Origin: Treponemataceae bacterium
GTDB lineage: Bacteria > Spirochaetota > Spirochaetia > Treponematales > Rectinemataceae
Assembly (NCBI GenBank): GCA_963667725.2
Contig: CAXXHO010000003.1
Location: forward strand, 160,001-224,000
DNA length: 64,000 bases
Direction of reading: 5' to 3'
Below, piece after piece: positions 30,359 to 39,960 of this stretch. The notes beneath the pieces are model-generated. The model was not told the origin of the DNA. It searched no databases and saw only the letters and a list, made by a program, of their open reading frames with translations. Numbering within the stretch: the first letter of the stretch is position 1; each line of letters opens with the position of its first letter. The position numbers and the translations under genes were made by a program.

Positions 30359-31492
30359 ATGCATCCTGAAGATTTGGCCGAAGGCATCAAGGCGATCGTA
30401 AGCCATTCGCCGGCTTTTCCCGAAAGCAGACTCATCGTCGACATAATAGCCAACCCGAAGGCGGGGGGCTTCAAGCGGCGCCGATTCGCCGCCCGTCGAA
30501 AGAATGAACTCCAGCAGGTTGTAGCCTTGGCCTCGGCGTTGCCTCGGCGCGAAAAAGAGGTGCAGGTGCGGCTTCATCTCACCGAACGCTGCGGACACGC
30601 TTCGGCCATCGCGCAGCGCGTCATAGAGCGCACGAGCGCCAATGGCCAGGATTCCCTTCAAATAATCATGACGGCAGGCGGCGACGGCACGAGCCTCGAG
30701 ACGGCAGAGCGTCTGCTTCATCTTCCCGAAGAAAAGAAAGACCAGTTTGCCCTGCTTCGGCTTCCCATGGGAACAGGCAATGACGGCTCGGAAGGCCGCG
30801 ATCTCGTGGTCGCGCTCGGCCGTTTCCTCGGCCCCTTAAGGCTTGAGCGGAGAGCGGCGGTCCAGGTGCGCCCCGCCGAGGAAGGCGGCAAATCACCCCT
30901 TTGGGCTTTCAATATCGCGAGCGTCGGTCTTGATGCCTATGTATCCGACAAGACGAACAAGCTGAAATCGGTTTTCCCTGGCGATTCGTATAAATTTTGG
31001 GTAAATATCGCGACCATGCTCTATGACAGGGCTTATAAGGTAGTTCCCATGGGGCTGAAGGTCTGGTCAGGAGGGAAACAGCCTTTTCATGTTTCGCAGA
31101 AGGAAAGGCTTTTCGTGGCCATGGGCGCTTCCGGCCATCGCCAGTACGGTTCCAACAAGCGCATTTTACCTGGTCCGGAGAATGTCGTCAGCTGTTCCCA
31201 GACAACGTTGCTGCGCAAGCTTTTGGTGAAGGGTTCGATCGAGAAGGGAAAACACGAAGCCGTTCGCGAGATCGAACATTTTTCTGCCACGAGCATCGAG
31301 ATTGAAAACGGCGAAAGGATTCCGCTGCAGTACGACGGCGAGGCAGAAGTGCTTGCCGGCTGCGATTTTCCTCTTGCCATGGAGTGCATTCCCAATCTCT
31401 ACAACGTGATCGTTCCCATCGATGAAAAGAAGACCGGCAAGCGTCAGCCCAAGCCAGCGCCCCGGTCTTCCGGCGACAATCAGAACCGATAG
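30359..31492 (+). CDS. Diacylglycerol/lipid kinase family protein
   Basis: Motifs IANPKAGG, AGGDGT, LPMGTGND and QYDGE. Confidence 0.85.
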   Translation: MHPEDLAEGIKAIVSHSPAFPESRLIVDIIANPKAGGFKRRRFAARRKNELQQVVALASALPRREKEVQVRLHLTERCGHASAIAQRVIERTSANGQDSLQIIMTAGGDGTSLETAERLLHLPEEKKDQFALLRLPMGTGNDGSEGRDLVVALGRFLGPLRLERRAAVQVRPAEEGGKSPLWAFNIASVGLDAYVSDKTNKLKSVFPGDSYKFWVNIATMLYDRAYKVVPMGLKVWSGGKQPFHVSQKERLFVAMGASGHRQYGSNKRILPGPENVVSCSQTTLLRKLLVKGSIEKGKHEAVREIEHFSATSIEIENGERIPLQYDGEAEVLAGCDFPLAMECIPNLYNVIVPIDEKKTGKRQPKPAPRSSGDNQNR

Positions 31493-33006
31493 GTCGAGGA
31501 AAGGCTTACGTAACTCCTGTCGTGGAACTGGCCGAGGTCGCCCGCCGCGTCTCCGCCGAAGTAGCGCCCTCTCAGGGCGACCTCGGCGTCCCCGAACACG
31601 ACCACGATGCCCGGCTCGACCATATAGTCCGCCTGCTCCAATCCCAGCATCCCGAGAAGCTCCAGCTTCACCCGCTCCTGCGCGAAACTCCGCGAGAGCA
31701 GGGCGGCGATCCGCGTCGTCGTGATGTCGCTTCCATACTCCACATCGAGCGGGCTCGCGATCTTGTCGTGGAATAGCCTCACTTTCCCCGTGGCCTGCAG
31801 GTTGAGGTTGACGCCCGCGAAAAGGTCCCTGTCGAAGCCCGCCGCCCAGACGATGGCGGGGTTGTAGACGAGGGGGTCGTCGCCCGACCTGTCCTCGGTC
31901 AGGTTGGCGCCCGCCTCCAGGCGCAGGTTGAAGCCGGCTAGAACGGTCGCCATGTCAACGCCCAGCTGGTGGTAACGGTTCCAGGAGACGGGTATCTTGC
32001 CGCCGGCCGCGGCTATCGACGCGGGATTCATGTCGAAGGCCGGCGTCGTCAGATAACCGTAAAAATACTGCAGGCCGAGGTCGACGCCGCCGAGGCCGGC
32101 GCTAAGGCGCAGTCCCGCCTGGCCGTAATCGAGCTTTTTTGTGTCGGGCGAGGCAAAGGGGTTCGCCAGGGCCGCGTCGGCTTCGCCCGCGGCCTGAGCT
32201 TGCAGCGAGGCGTCGACCGAGGCGACGGCGGCGTCCGCAATCCCTATCGCATAAGTATTTGCAGCTTCGGGAGTCCCACCCGGCGCCGCCAGCGCGCCCG
32301 AGTACGCCGCCGCATACGCCGCGGCCCAGGCCGAAGCCTTGTACGCGTTGTAGAGCTGTCCCGCCATCGCCGCTTTCAACGCCGTCGTGCCCGTAGCCAG
32401 CGCGGCCGGAACCCAGGTTCCCGAGGTGGCGATGCGGTCGCCCTCGAACCAAGGTAGGTATACCAGTTCCGCCGAAGCCCGCTCGCCGAGAGGCTGCGTG
32501 ATCCGCAGCATGGGCACGGCTATTTTACGGTCTTTCTCAGCCCTGATGGTCAAATCAGAGAGATCGTGCGGATTGAGGACGTCGAGCACGCTCAGACTGT
32601 CCATCCTGCCCCAGAACACGCGCAGGAGGCCGCCCTGTATGGTCGTCTTTCCCGCGTAGATCCGCAGCCATGCCTCATCGAGGATAGCGGCGGGATTTTC
32701 CACCAGCTTTGTCTTATCCAGCCGGATGCCGAGGAAGGCGTCGGACTTCGCGCCTGATACTTCGATCTGTATCCGCGATTCGGGAAGAGCCGCGCTGTTC
32801 GTAAAATCCCCATCGACGAGCTCGAAGGGGAAAGCCAGCATCGAGAAGGAAAGCGATCCGCCCAGCTTCGCGCTGACGGGGGCCGGCGCCGCCTCCGCCG
32901 CCCCGCCCCCGAACCCGAACTCCTGGGCGCCGGCCCCGGCGCCCGCGAACAGCAGCAGTCCCGCTACCAGAAAAGCCGAAAAAACGAGTTTTTTATTCGC
33001 GATCAT
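31480..33006 (-). CDS. Putative outer-membrane beta-barrel protein with an Ala-rich insertion
   Basis: Signal peptide from ATG 33006 (GAAGGAGA SD); amphipathic strands such as LDEAWLRIY and VFWGRMD..SVLDVLNP; C-terminal aromatic STYRF. Confidence 0.7.
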   Translation of the reverse strand: MIANKKLVFSAFLVAGLLLFAGAGAGAQEFGFGGGAAEAAPAPVSAKLGGSLSFSMLAFPFELVDGDFTNSAALPESRIQIEVSGAKSDAFLGIRLDKTKLVENPAAILDEAWLRIYAGKTTIQGGLLRVFWGRMDSLSVLDVLNPHDLSDLTIRAEKDRKIAVPMLRITQPLGERASAELVYLPWFEGDRIATSGTWVPAALATGTTALKAAMAGQLYNAYKASAWAAAYAAAYSGALAAPGGTPEAANTYAIGIADAAVASVDASLQAQAAGEADAALANPFASPDTKKLDYGQAGLRLSAGLGGVDLGLQYFYGYLTTPAFDMNPASIAAAGGKIPVSWNRYHQLGVDMATVLAGFNLRLEAGANLTEDRSGDDPLVYNPAIVWAAGFDRDLFAGVNLNLQATGKVRLFHDKIASPLDVEYGSDITTTRIAALLSRSFAQERVKLELLGMLGLEQADYMVEPGIVVVFGDAEVALRGRYFGGDAAGDLGQFHDRSYVSLSSTYRF

Positions 33007-33017
33007 GTATTTCTCCT

Positions 33018-33788
33018 TCATGGACGGCCCGTGAGCAGGAAGCGTTCGGTGAAAACGCCAGCGGGGATGGGATCGTCGTACTTCATTATTTCTATGGTGA
33101 TGGTGGTCGAGGTCTTGGCCTGTACCGACGTCATTTTGGTAACGGTGGGCGTCAGCCTTCCCTGGAAATCCTTCACCTCGCTCATCTCCATGATTTTCGC
33201 GAGATTGCCCTTCTTGTCGTAGAGCTCCATCTTGAGCGAGATGTGCGTCGCCTTTTCTATCCAGCCTATCATGCGGGAATACTGGTAGCCGCCGTCCTTG
33301 GGCTTCGCCTCGATGACCCAGCAGGGCTTTCCGCCGAGGCTTTCTTCCCTGAGAAGGCTGTACGTGTCGAGGTCGGCCTTCCTGTCGGCTGAGGCCATGT
33401 CGTCGTAAGAGAGGTCGGTGCCCATAAAGCTGGCCGAACCCTCGCTGGCAGCGACGCGGCGTACCTTGCCCAGGGAGGGGAGGAATATCCACTGGTCGCC
33501 GGTTTTTCCCGACGCGGTGATGGTGAGGAACCTCGTCCCGGCCACCGATGCTGGTTTCTGAAACACCACTACGGTTTTCGTGACGCCCCCGGCGCTGCTG
33601 GTATACTGGTCGACGAGCCTTTCGGTGAGGCTGCCGTCCTTGGCGCTTATCGCCATCCGGGCCCGCGTGGAGACCGTGTCGGCCTTTACGCGATTCCTGG
33701 AAGCCTTCATGATCTCCTCGGCGCTCTGGGAAAAGGCGAGGCCGGATCCAAGCACAAGAGCAGCTACAATGCAGATGAACCGTTTCAT
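33018..33788 (-). CDS. Outer-membrane lipoprotein-sorting (LolA-like) periplasmic protein
   Basis: Signal peptide; GTRFL, QWIFLPSLGKVRRVA and SFMGTDLSYDD motifs typical of MMPL-associated LolA-like proteins. Confidence 0.85.
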   Translation of the reverse strand: MKRFICIVAALVLGSGLAFSQSAEEIMKASRNRVKADTVSTRARMAISAKDGSLTERLVDQYTSSAGGVTKTVVVFQKPASVAGTRFLTITASGKTGDQWIFLPSLGKVRRVAASEGSASFMGTDLSYDDMASADRKADLDTYSLLREESLGGKPCWVIEAKPKDGGYQYSRMIGWIEKATHISLKMELYDKKGNLAKIMEMSEVKDFQGRLTPTVTKMTSVQAKTSTTITIEIMKYDDPIPAGVFTERFLLTGRP

Positions 33789-33808
33789 GGTGAAACCTCC
33801 TGAGGTTG

Positions 33809-36490
33809 TCATGCCTTGTCGGACGGCAGAGGCCGCCTGATGAAGGCTGGATTTATCGTGATGAGAAGCACGGGAAGCAGGGTGAGGCTTACGAGGGCGC
33901 TCGTGGCCATGGTCAGCGCGATCAGGAGCCCCAGCTCGCTTAAAATATTGAACTGGGAGAGGCTCAGGACGCCGAAACCCGCTCCCACCGAAGCGGCGTT
34001 GAAGAGTATCGCCTTGCCTGAGGTGAGGAAGGTGCGGCGTAGGAAGGCGCCCTTGCCCTTCGTCAGCAGATATTCATGGTGAAAGGCCGCCATATAGTGG
34101 ATCGTATAGTCGATGCCGACGCCCACCGCTATGCTCGCTACCATCGCCGTGCCGATGTTGAGCTTGATGCCGGCAAAACCCATGACGGCGAAGTTGATCA
34201 GGATCGAAACCGAGAGGGGCGCCAGACCGATGAGACCGGCCATGGCCGAACGATAGTAGATGGACAGAATGAGGAAGACCATGACCAGCGACAATGCCAC
34301 CGAGATGAGCTGCGACTGCACGACGAGGCTGTTCAGCGATTTTTCGACCAAAGCCGTACCGGCGATCTCGACCTTGACGTCCTTGGGAAAGCGCCCTTCG
34401 ATGTAGTCTTTCATCGCCTTGATTCCCCTGTCCGTATCGATCTGCCCGACGGTTCTGAGCTGTACGTCCATCCTGATGGCCTTGGGTTCGAGGGGATCAT
34501 CGGCATAGGTGCCTATGTTGCCGGAGAGCAGCACGAGGTAGTTGGAGATGAGACCCTTCAGTTCCTCCTGGCTAGTCTTGCCGTAACGGGCGGGATCGAC
34601 GGGAATCTCGTAATAGGAGGCTCCTCGGTAGTTCGTGAGTCGCGAGAGGCTCTCGACGAGGTCTCTGGCGGTCATCGCTTCCCCGCCTTTTTCGGCGAGC
34701 GCCTTGTTGAGCAGCGCTACCATGGCGAGCGAGTCGATTTTTTCGGCTGTCCTATCCGCCGTCGCGGCCGCCGCGATCTCCTCGCCTGGCACGGCCGGTT
34801 CCGCGGAAGTCGTTTCCGCGAACCCGAAACCGAATGCCGGCTCGCTTCCAGGCGCCGCGGCGGCCGAAGACGCCTCCAACCCAGCCCCCGTCGCCGCTAT
34901 GGCCGCGGCCGTCGGCCTGAGTCCCTCGGGGCTTTCATCCGCGTTGAACACCTGGTTTACCCGCTTTATGAGGTCGGTGAAACCGCTCGTCTTTCCCACT
35001 TCGGGAACGCTTTTCTTCAGGTAAAGGGCGAGCCCGTCTATCGCCGCGAGCACATCGGGGCGGAGCACTTCGCCCGGGGTTTCTGAACTGACGACGACGC
35101 TCACGGATTTCGAGCCGCCGAATTTTTCGCGTATGAAACGGTCAGAGAGAGCCACATCGGTGTCCGGCTTGAAGTATTCGACGAGGACGTTGTCGATGAT
35201 GAGGTGGGATATACCGATCAGCGATATGAAAACAACGGCACAGGCGATGAAGATCACCGATCTCTTTTTTGCGGCGATATGGCCCAGGGAATTGGCTATA
35301 GCTCCGCTCAGGGGATCTTCTTCCCCGGGTTCCATCTCCGAAGTCTTGAAGCGCGGAAGCTTTTTCGCCGGTCCCCGTATGAGAATGATGGCGGGAATGA
35401 GGGTGAGGGCTGTTCCGTATGCCACGAGGACGCCGAAGCTCGAGAAGATGCCGAATTCGAAGATGGGAATCACCTTCGTGAAACAGAAGGACCCAAATCC
35501 CGCGAAGGTCGTCAGCGCGGCGAGGAGAACGGGCTTCCCGATTCTTCGAAGCACGGCGAAGACGATGGCTCTGTGCTCCGTTTTGCTCAAGTCGCGTTTG
35601 CCCGCGATTTCGTCGTAGTAGTGGCTGACGACATGGATGCCGTAGGCGCTGCCTACTGCCACGAGGATGACGGGGAGCACCGTCGAGAGTATCGAAAGCT
35701 TGATGCCGAAAAGGGGCATGGCGCCTATGGCCCAGATGACCGATACAAGAACGGTCAGCAGGGGGAGGAGGACGCCGCTCAGCCTTCTGAAGGAGAGGAA
35801 GAGCACGACGACGACGACGATGATGACAAGGGGAACGAGGGTTATCAGGTCGGAGCGGGTGGCGTCGTTGACGACGGAGCTGAAAACGGGCATGCCCGTG
35901 ATGTAGACGTTGGTATCGGCGAAGCCCGTTTCCGCGGCGAATTTCTTGATCGCCTTGTGGACGGCGACGACTTCGGGCTTGCCCGAGTCCTCGGGCGGTA
36001 TGTCGAGGTAGACGATCATCTGCGTGCCCGTGAAGTCCTCGGATACGAGGGCGCGGCTATAGAGATCCCAGCTCAGCAGCTTGTCCTTGAGTTCGGCGAT
36101 TTCTTCCTTGGTTCCGCCGAAGTCGTCAGGGACGAGAGGCTGGGCCACGATCGCGTCGCCCTCGCCGGTCAGGTAATCGGTGGAGACGATGGATGTCGCG
36201 GATTCCACGATATCGATGTCAGCAATTTTCCCTCCGAAACTCCGGAGCTTGTCGAGGAAGTCGGCTTCCAGCACCGTCCCGTGTTTCCGTTCGAGTCCCA
36301 CCAGGATGACGATCTGGCTTCCGAAGGTGTCGTCCACGCGTTTCAGGGCTATTCTTTCGGGATCTTTGTCCGGCACGAAGCGGAAGTTGTTGTTGTCCAG
36401 CTGAACCCTCGGGATCTGCAGGGCAAAGAATACGGTGACGGCCGCGACTATCGCGACAATCCACCGCGGATGTTTGAAAAACTTCTCCAT
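33809..36490 (-). CDS. MMPL/RND family transporter
   Basis: Two repeats of a periplasmic domain plus TM bundle; motifs AVGSAYGIH, LTTFAGF and GVGIDYTIH. Confidence 0.92.
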   Translation of the reverse strand: MEKFFKHPRWIVAIVAAVTVFFALQIPRVQLDNNNFRFVPDKDPERIALKRVDDTFGSQIVILVGLERKHGTVLEADFLDKLRSFGGKIADIDIVESATSIVSTDYLTGEGDAIVAQPLVPDDFGGTKEEIAELKDKLLSWDLYSRALVSEDFTGTQMIVYLDIPPEDSGKPEVVAVHKAIKKFAAETGFADTNVYITGMPVFSSVVNDATRSDLITLVPLVIIVVVVVLFLSFRRLSGVLLPLLTVLVSVIWAIGAMPLFGIKLSILSTVLPVILVAVGSAYGIHVVSHYYDEIAGKRDLSKTEHRAIVFAVLRRIGKPVLLAALTTFAGFGSFCFTKVIPIFEFGIFSSFGVLVAYGTALTLIPAIILIRGPAKKLPRFKTSEMEPGEEDPLSGAIANSLGHIAAKKRSVIFIACAVVFISLIGISHLIIDNVLVEYFKPDTDVALSDRFIREKFGGSKSVSVVVSSETPGEVLRPDVLAAIDGLALYLKKSVPEVGKTSGFTDLIKRVNQVFNADESPEGLRPTAAAIAATGAGLEASSAAAAPGSEPAFGFGFAETTSAEPAVPGEEIAAAATADRTAEKIDSLAMVALLNKALAEKGGEAMTARDLVESLSRLTNYRGASYYEIPVDPARYGKTSQEELKGLISNYLVLLSGNIGTYADDPLEPKAIRMDVQLRTVGQIDTDRGIKAMKDYIEGRFPKDVKVEIAGTALVEKSLNSLVVQSQLISVALSLVMVFLILSIYYRSAMAGLIGLAPLSVSILINFAVMGFAGIKLNIGTAMVASIAVGVGIDYTIHYMAAFHHEYLLTKGKGAFLRRTFLTSGKAILFNAASVGAGFGVLSLSQFNILSELGLLIALTMATSALVSLTLLPVLLITINPAFIRRPLPSDKA

Positions 36491-36549
36491 GGGGAATCCT
36501 TTACGGCCTTGCCGACTTGCGGGGGGTTCCGGCAGGCCAATTTTTCATG

Positions 36550-37221
36550 CTATTTCGCCGTCAGCTTCAAAAGGGAAGGATCGGCGCCTTCAGCGGCCAG
36601 GCCGCGCAGGATTATCTCAAAGGTTTCGCGCATTTCCATGCTGATTTGATGGGGATCTCTCCGCGGGCGGGGAATCCTCGTAACGGTGTCGATTATGGAA
36701 GTGGCTATCATGATCACGGTGCGGGCCAGCCTTTCCGGTTCTTGGATCTTGTTGAGCGATCCATCGGCCATGCCTTGCCTGAGCAGATCGGCTATAAGAT
36801 TCAGCATTTTTCCCATCGCCTTGCTAAACCTGTCGCCTTCGGGATTCGTGCCGAGAGGGAATTCTGGATCGATATAATTCTTGATGCCGGTTAGAACGAT
36901 GATATCCTGGGATTCGCCGTATAGATTCAGGTAACCTGTCCATAGCGCGTGCATCGCCTGCAACCCGGTGGAGCCTTCGGGAATCCGCGACTGCGTGTAG
37001 TCCACGAAGGTTGAAGCCGCGTCTTCCAGGATTTCCATAAGGATGGCATCCTTATTTTTAAAATACAGATATAGCGTGGCTTTGCTCAGCTCGCAGGCCT
37101 TGGCGATATCCTGCATCGTAAAGGAAATCACGCCCTGTTCCAGAATCAGTTCCTTGGCTTTCTCCAGGATGAGGCTGTGGCGTTCTTCCTTTTCCCTGAT
37201 TTTTCGCTCTTCAATGCCCAT
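36550..37221 (-). CDS. TetR/AcrR family regulator
   Basis: HTH motif TMQDIAKACELSKATLYLYFKNK; GGAGGA SD before 37221. Confidence 0.93.
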   Translation of the reverse strand: MGIEERKIREKEERHSLILEKAKELILEQGVISFTMQDIAKACELSKATLYLYFKNKDAILMEILEDAASTFVDYTQSRIPEGSTGLQAMHALWTGYLNLYGESQDIIVLTGIKNYIDPEFPLGTNPEGDRFSKAMGKMLNLIADLLRQGMADGSLNKIQEPERLARTVIMIATSIIDTVTRIPRPRRDPHQISMEMRETFEIILRGLAAEGADPSLLKLTAK

Positions 37222-37235
37222 ACGCGATTCCTCCG

Positions 37236-37278
37236 TGAGACCGTTAGTCATTTAATGACCATTGGTCATTTTGGTCAA
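37236..37278. promoter_or_regulatory. Candidate TetR operators overlapping the tetR promoter
   Basis: Perfect inverted repeat AATGACCA-T-TGGTCATT at 37254-37270, a degenerate adjacent copy at 37236-37252, and a minus-strand TTGACC -35 at 37273-37278. Confidence 0.7.
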
Positions 37279-37323
37279 GCCGTCTAGAAAAAAATTGAGT
37301 GAAAAATGTGAAAAATAATGGAT

Positions 37324-37377
37324 GTATCTATTGACAGAAACATCGGGTCATAGTATTAAGTTTCTATAGATAGAAAC
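37324..37377 (+). promoter_or_regulatory. trpB2 promoter flanked by two copies of an 18-bp palindromic operator
   Basis: TTGACA at 37331; GTTTCTAT-AG-ATAGAAAC at 37360-37377 and a 15/18 copy GTATCTATTGACAGAAAC at 37324-37341. Confidence 0.65.
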
Positions 37378-37396
37378 AGACTCCACGGAGGACGCG

Positions 37397-38764
37397 ATGA
37401 ACACGAAGATTTTCCTCGATGAAGACGAGATGCCCAAGCAATGGTACAACCTGGCAGCCGACCTGCCTTCGCCGCCCCTGCCTCCCCTGGGCCCGGACGG
37501 AAGGCCCGTGAGCCCCGAACAGCTGGCGGCGGTTTTCCCGATGAATCTCATCGAGCAGGAAATGTCTTCGGAACGCTGGATCGACATCCCCGGCGAAGTG
37601 CTCTCCATCCTCTACCGCTGGCGCCCCTCCCCGCTGCACCGCGCCTACGGTCTCGAGCGGGCGCTCGGAACACCGGCGCGCATATATTTCAAAGATGAAA
37701 GCGTCTCGCCCGCCGGAAGCCACAAACCCAATACGGCGGTGGCTCAGGCTTACTACAACAAGATCGCGGGCATTAAGAAGCTGACGACGGAGACGGGCGC
37801 CGGACAGTGGGGATCGGCCCTTTCATTCGCCTGCGCGCAGTTCGGCCTTGAGTGCAAGGTTTACATGGTCCGCTCCAGCTACGAGCAGAAGCCGTACAGG
37901 AAGTACATGATGCAGACCTGGGGCGGTTCGTGCGTTCCCAGCCCGAGCGACACGACGGAGGCGGGCAGGGCTATTCTCCGCGCCGATCCCTCCTCGCCGG
38001 GAAGTCTGGGCATCGCGATAAGCGAGGCGGTGGAGGCCGCCGTCTCCGATCGCTCGGGCGAAACCCGCTATGCCCTGGGCAGCGTCCTTAACCACGTAAT
38101 GCTGCACCAGACGATCATTGGGCTCGAGGCGAAAAAACAGCTTGCCAAATTCGGGGAGAAGGGCGTGGACAGGATAATCGCCTGCGTGGGCGGCGGCTCG
38201 AATTTCGCGGGTTTGGCCTTTCCCTTCCTGGCGGACAAGATCGCTGGGGCCGATATCGAAATCATCCCGGTCGAGCCGACTTCCTGTCCGAGTCTCACCA
38301 AGGGAACCTATGCATACGATCTGGGCGATGTGGCGGGCATGACGCCCTACCTTCCCATGTACACGCTCGGGCATAGCTTCATGCCGCACGCCATGCACGC
38401 GGGCGGCCTGCGCTATCACGGAATGTCCCCGCTCGTGTCGCAGGCGGCCCATGAAGGCTTGCTCTCACCCCGGTCAGTGCCTCAGTTGGAATGTTTCCAA
38501 GCGGCGGTCGCCTTTGCGAGGGCGGAGGGCATCATCGTGGCGCCCGAGACAAGCCACGCGATCGCCCAGGTGATAAGGGAAGCGAAATCAGCCAAGGAAG
38601 AGGGTGTTGAACGCGTCATACTCTTCGGTTTGTCGGGGCATGGCCTTCTGGATCTGCAGGGCTATGCTGATTATTTTGCTGGGAGGCTGTCGAACTTCGA
38701 GCTTCCCGAGGAAGCGATCAGGCTGGCCATGGCGGAACTGCCTGAGTTCGCGGCCATCGCTTGA
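37397..38764 (+). CDS. trpB2: Tryptophan synthase beta chain, TrpB2 type
   Basis: Motifs [11 protein letters not shown] (PLP lysine), [16 protein letters not shown] and HAGGLRYHG; long N-terminus PKQWYNL. Confidence 0.92.
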   Translation: MNTKIFLDEDEMPKQWYNLAADLPSPPLPPLGPDGRPVSPEQLAAVFPMNLIEQEMSSERWIDIPGEVLSILYRWRPSPLHRAYGLERALGTPARIYFKDESVSPAGSHKPNTAVAQAYYNKIAGIKKLTTETGAGQWGSALSFACAQFGLECKVYMVRSSYEQKPYRKYMMQTWGGSCVPSPSDTTEAGRAILRADPSSPGSLGIAISEAVEAAVSDRSGETRYALGSVLNHVMLHQTIIGLEAKKQLAKFGEKGVDRIIACVGGGSNFAGLAFPFLADKIAGADIEIIPVEPTSCPSLTKGTYAYDLGDVAGMTPYLPMYTLGHSFMPHAMHAGGLRYHGMSPLVSQAAHEGLLSPRSVPQLECFQAAVAFARAEGIIVAPETSHAIAQVIREAKSAKEEGVERVILFGLSGHGLLDLQGYADYFAGRLSNFELPEEAIRLAMAELPEFAAIA

Positions 38765-38785
38765 ATCAGCTCCCTGGACGCGCTT

Positions 38786-39679
38786 TCAGATCCCGCCGGC
38801 CTTGGTTTTGATGAAGGTCCCGGCGTCGAACTCCGCGAATGCCTTGCGGAGTTCGTCCCTCGTATTCATGACGATGGGACCGCCCCAGGCTATGGGTTCG
38901 TTGAGCGGATGTCCCGCGATGAAAAGGAAGGAAGCGCCGATCGTCTTGTCGGTTTGGGCTTCGACGAAATCCATCGATCCCGCGGCCGTCCCAATGTCGC
39001 CCGCGGCGGGGAAATGGCCCAACATGCCCGATTCCAGCCTTGTGCCGGCGAAATCGGCCTTACCCCTGAAGACATAGGCCGCGGCATTGTGTGATGCGGG
39101 AATGGGTATCTGGATCTTCGCGTCGGGTTCCATCGTCACGATGAGATAGAGCACGGGCACGAAGAGGTCGGGCGTCGCGCCTGTCTTGCCGGCGTAGTTT
39201 CCGGCCAAAATGGCGATCTCGCATCCGCTTTTCTGGACGCGGTGGATTTCGGTGGCGTTCACGGCCCGATAGCGCGGCGTCGTCATCTTGAGGCTGGCGG
39301 GCAGGTTCACCCAGAGCTGGAAGCCTTCCATGAGCTTGCCGTCGCTCCCCGGCTCCGGCATTTCCTGATGGATTATTCCCGATCCGGCCGTCATCCACTG
39401 GGCGTCGCCGGGGTAAATCATCCCCTTGTTCCGCATCGAATCTCCATGCGCAACCTTGCCGGCCAGGAGATAGGTGACGGTTTCTATCCCTCTATGGGGA
39501 TGCCAGGGGAATCCGGGCAGGTAGTCATCCGGGTTGTCCGAGCCGAAGTGATCGAGCAGCAGAAAGGGATCGAAGGTATGCCGCTCGTTGAAACCGAAAA
39601 CCCGCTTCAGCTTCACGCCGGCCCCGTCCACCGAAGGAACGGCGCCGGTCACTTCGCCGATAGCGCGGCCGCCGCTCAT
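38786..39679 (-). CDS. Pirin family protein
   Basis: Motifs DPFLLLD, FPWHPHRGIETVTY, WMTAGSGIIHQE and GPIVMNT. Confidence 0.95.
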   Translation of the reverse strand: MSGGRAIGEVTGAVPSVDGAGVKLKRVFGFNERHTFDPFLLLDHFGSDNPDDYLPGFPWHPHRGIETVTYLLAGKVAHGDSMRNKGMIYPGDAQWMTAGSGIIHQEMPEPGSDGKLMEGFQLWVNLPASLKMTTPRYRAVNATEIHRVQKSGCEIAILAGNYAGKTGATPDLFVPVLYLIVTMEPDAKIQIPIPASHNAAAYVFRGKADFAGTRLESGMLGHFPAAGDIGTAAGSMDFVEAQTDKTIGASFLFIAGHPLNEPIAWGGPIVMNTRDELRKAFAEFDAGTFIKTKAGGI

Positions 39680-39828
39680 TGTACGCCCTCGTCGCAGGGG
39701 CCTTCCTCCTTATCGGGTCTTGAAGTCTCGTTGCTATGGGGTTCGGTGCACTTTTCGAGCGGGTTTTTTTCTTCCTTTGGGTTTTTCTTGGGATTGATCT
39801 TCGTTTTTTCGGTATCGCCGGTTTTCAT
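39676..39828 (-). CDS. Small 50-aa charged protein with two Cys
   Basis: AAGGAGG SD 5 nt upstream of ATG 39828; its stop overlaps the pirin start (ATGA). Confidence 0.65.
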   Translation of the reverse strand: MKTGDTEKTKINPKKNPKEEKNPLEKCTEPHSNETSRPDKEEGPCDEGVQ

Positions 39829-39960
39829 ACAAGCCTCCTTATGTAAATGTACCTTTAAAGTACTTCGGAATCCTCCGCGGAGCAAATCTGTCCGGCCTTG
39901 CCTTCCGGCGACGCGATGGCAGCGAGGCGGCGTCGGCGCGTGCCGCGAATCGGAGCCTGT

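Noticed and set aside
33007..33492. N-terminal extension of the 670-aa ORF overlapping the LolA-like gene, suggesting a frameshift fusion
   Set aside because: The extension is Arg/His-rich off-frame sequence. A good SD and signal peptide start at 33006, and no slippery site is evident.
39870..39960. SRP RNA-like CCGGAAGG on the minus strand
   Set aside because: It lacks the flanking CAGG and AGCAG of the SRP domain IV loop, and is more likely a GC-rich spacer hairpin.
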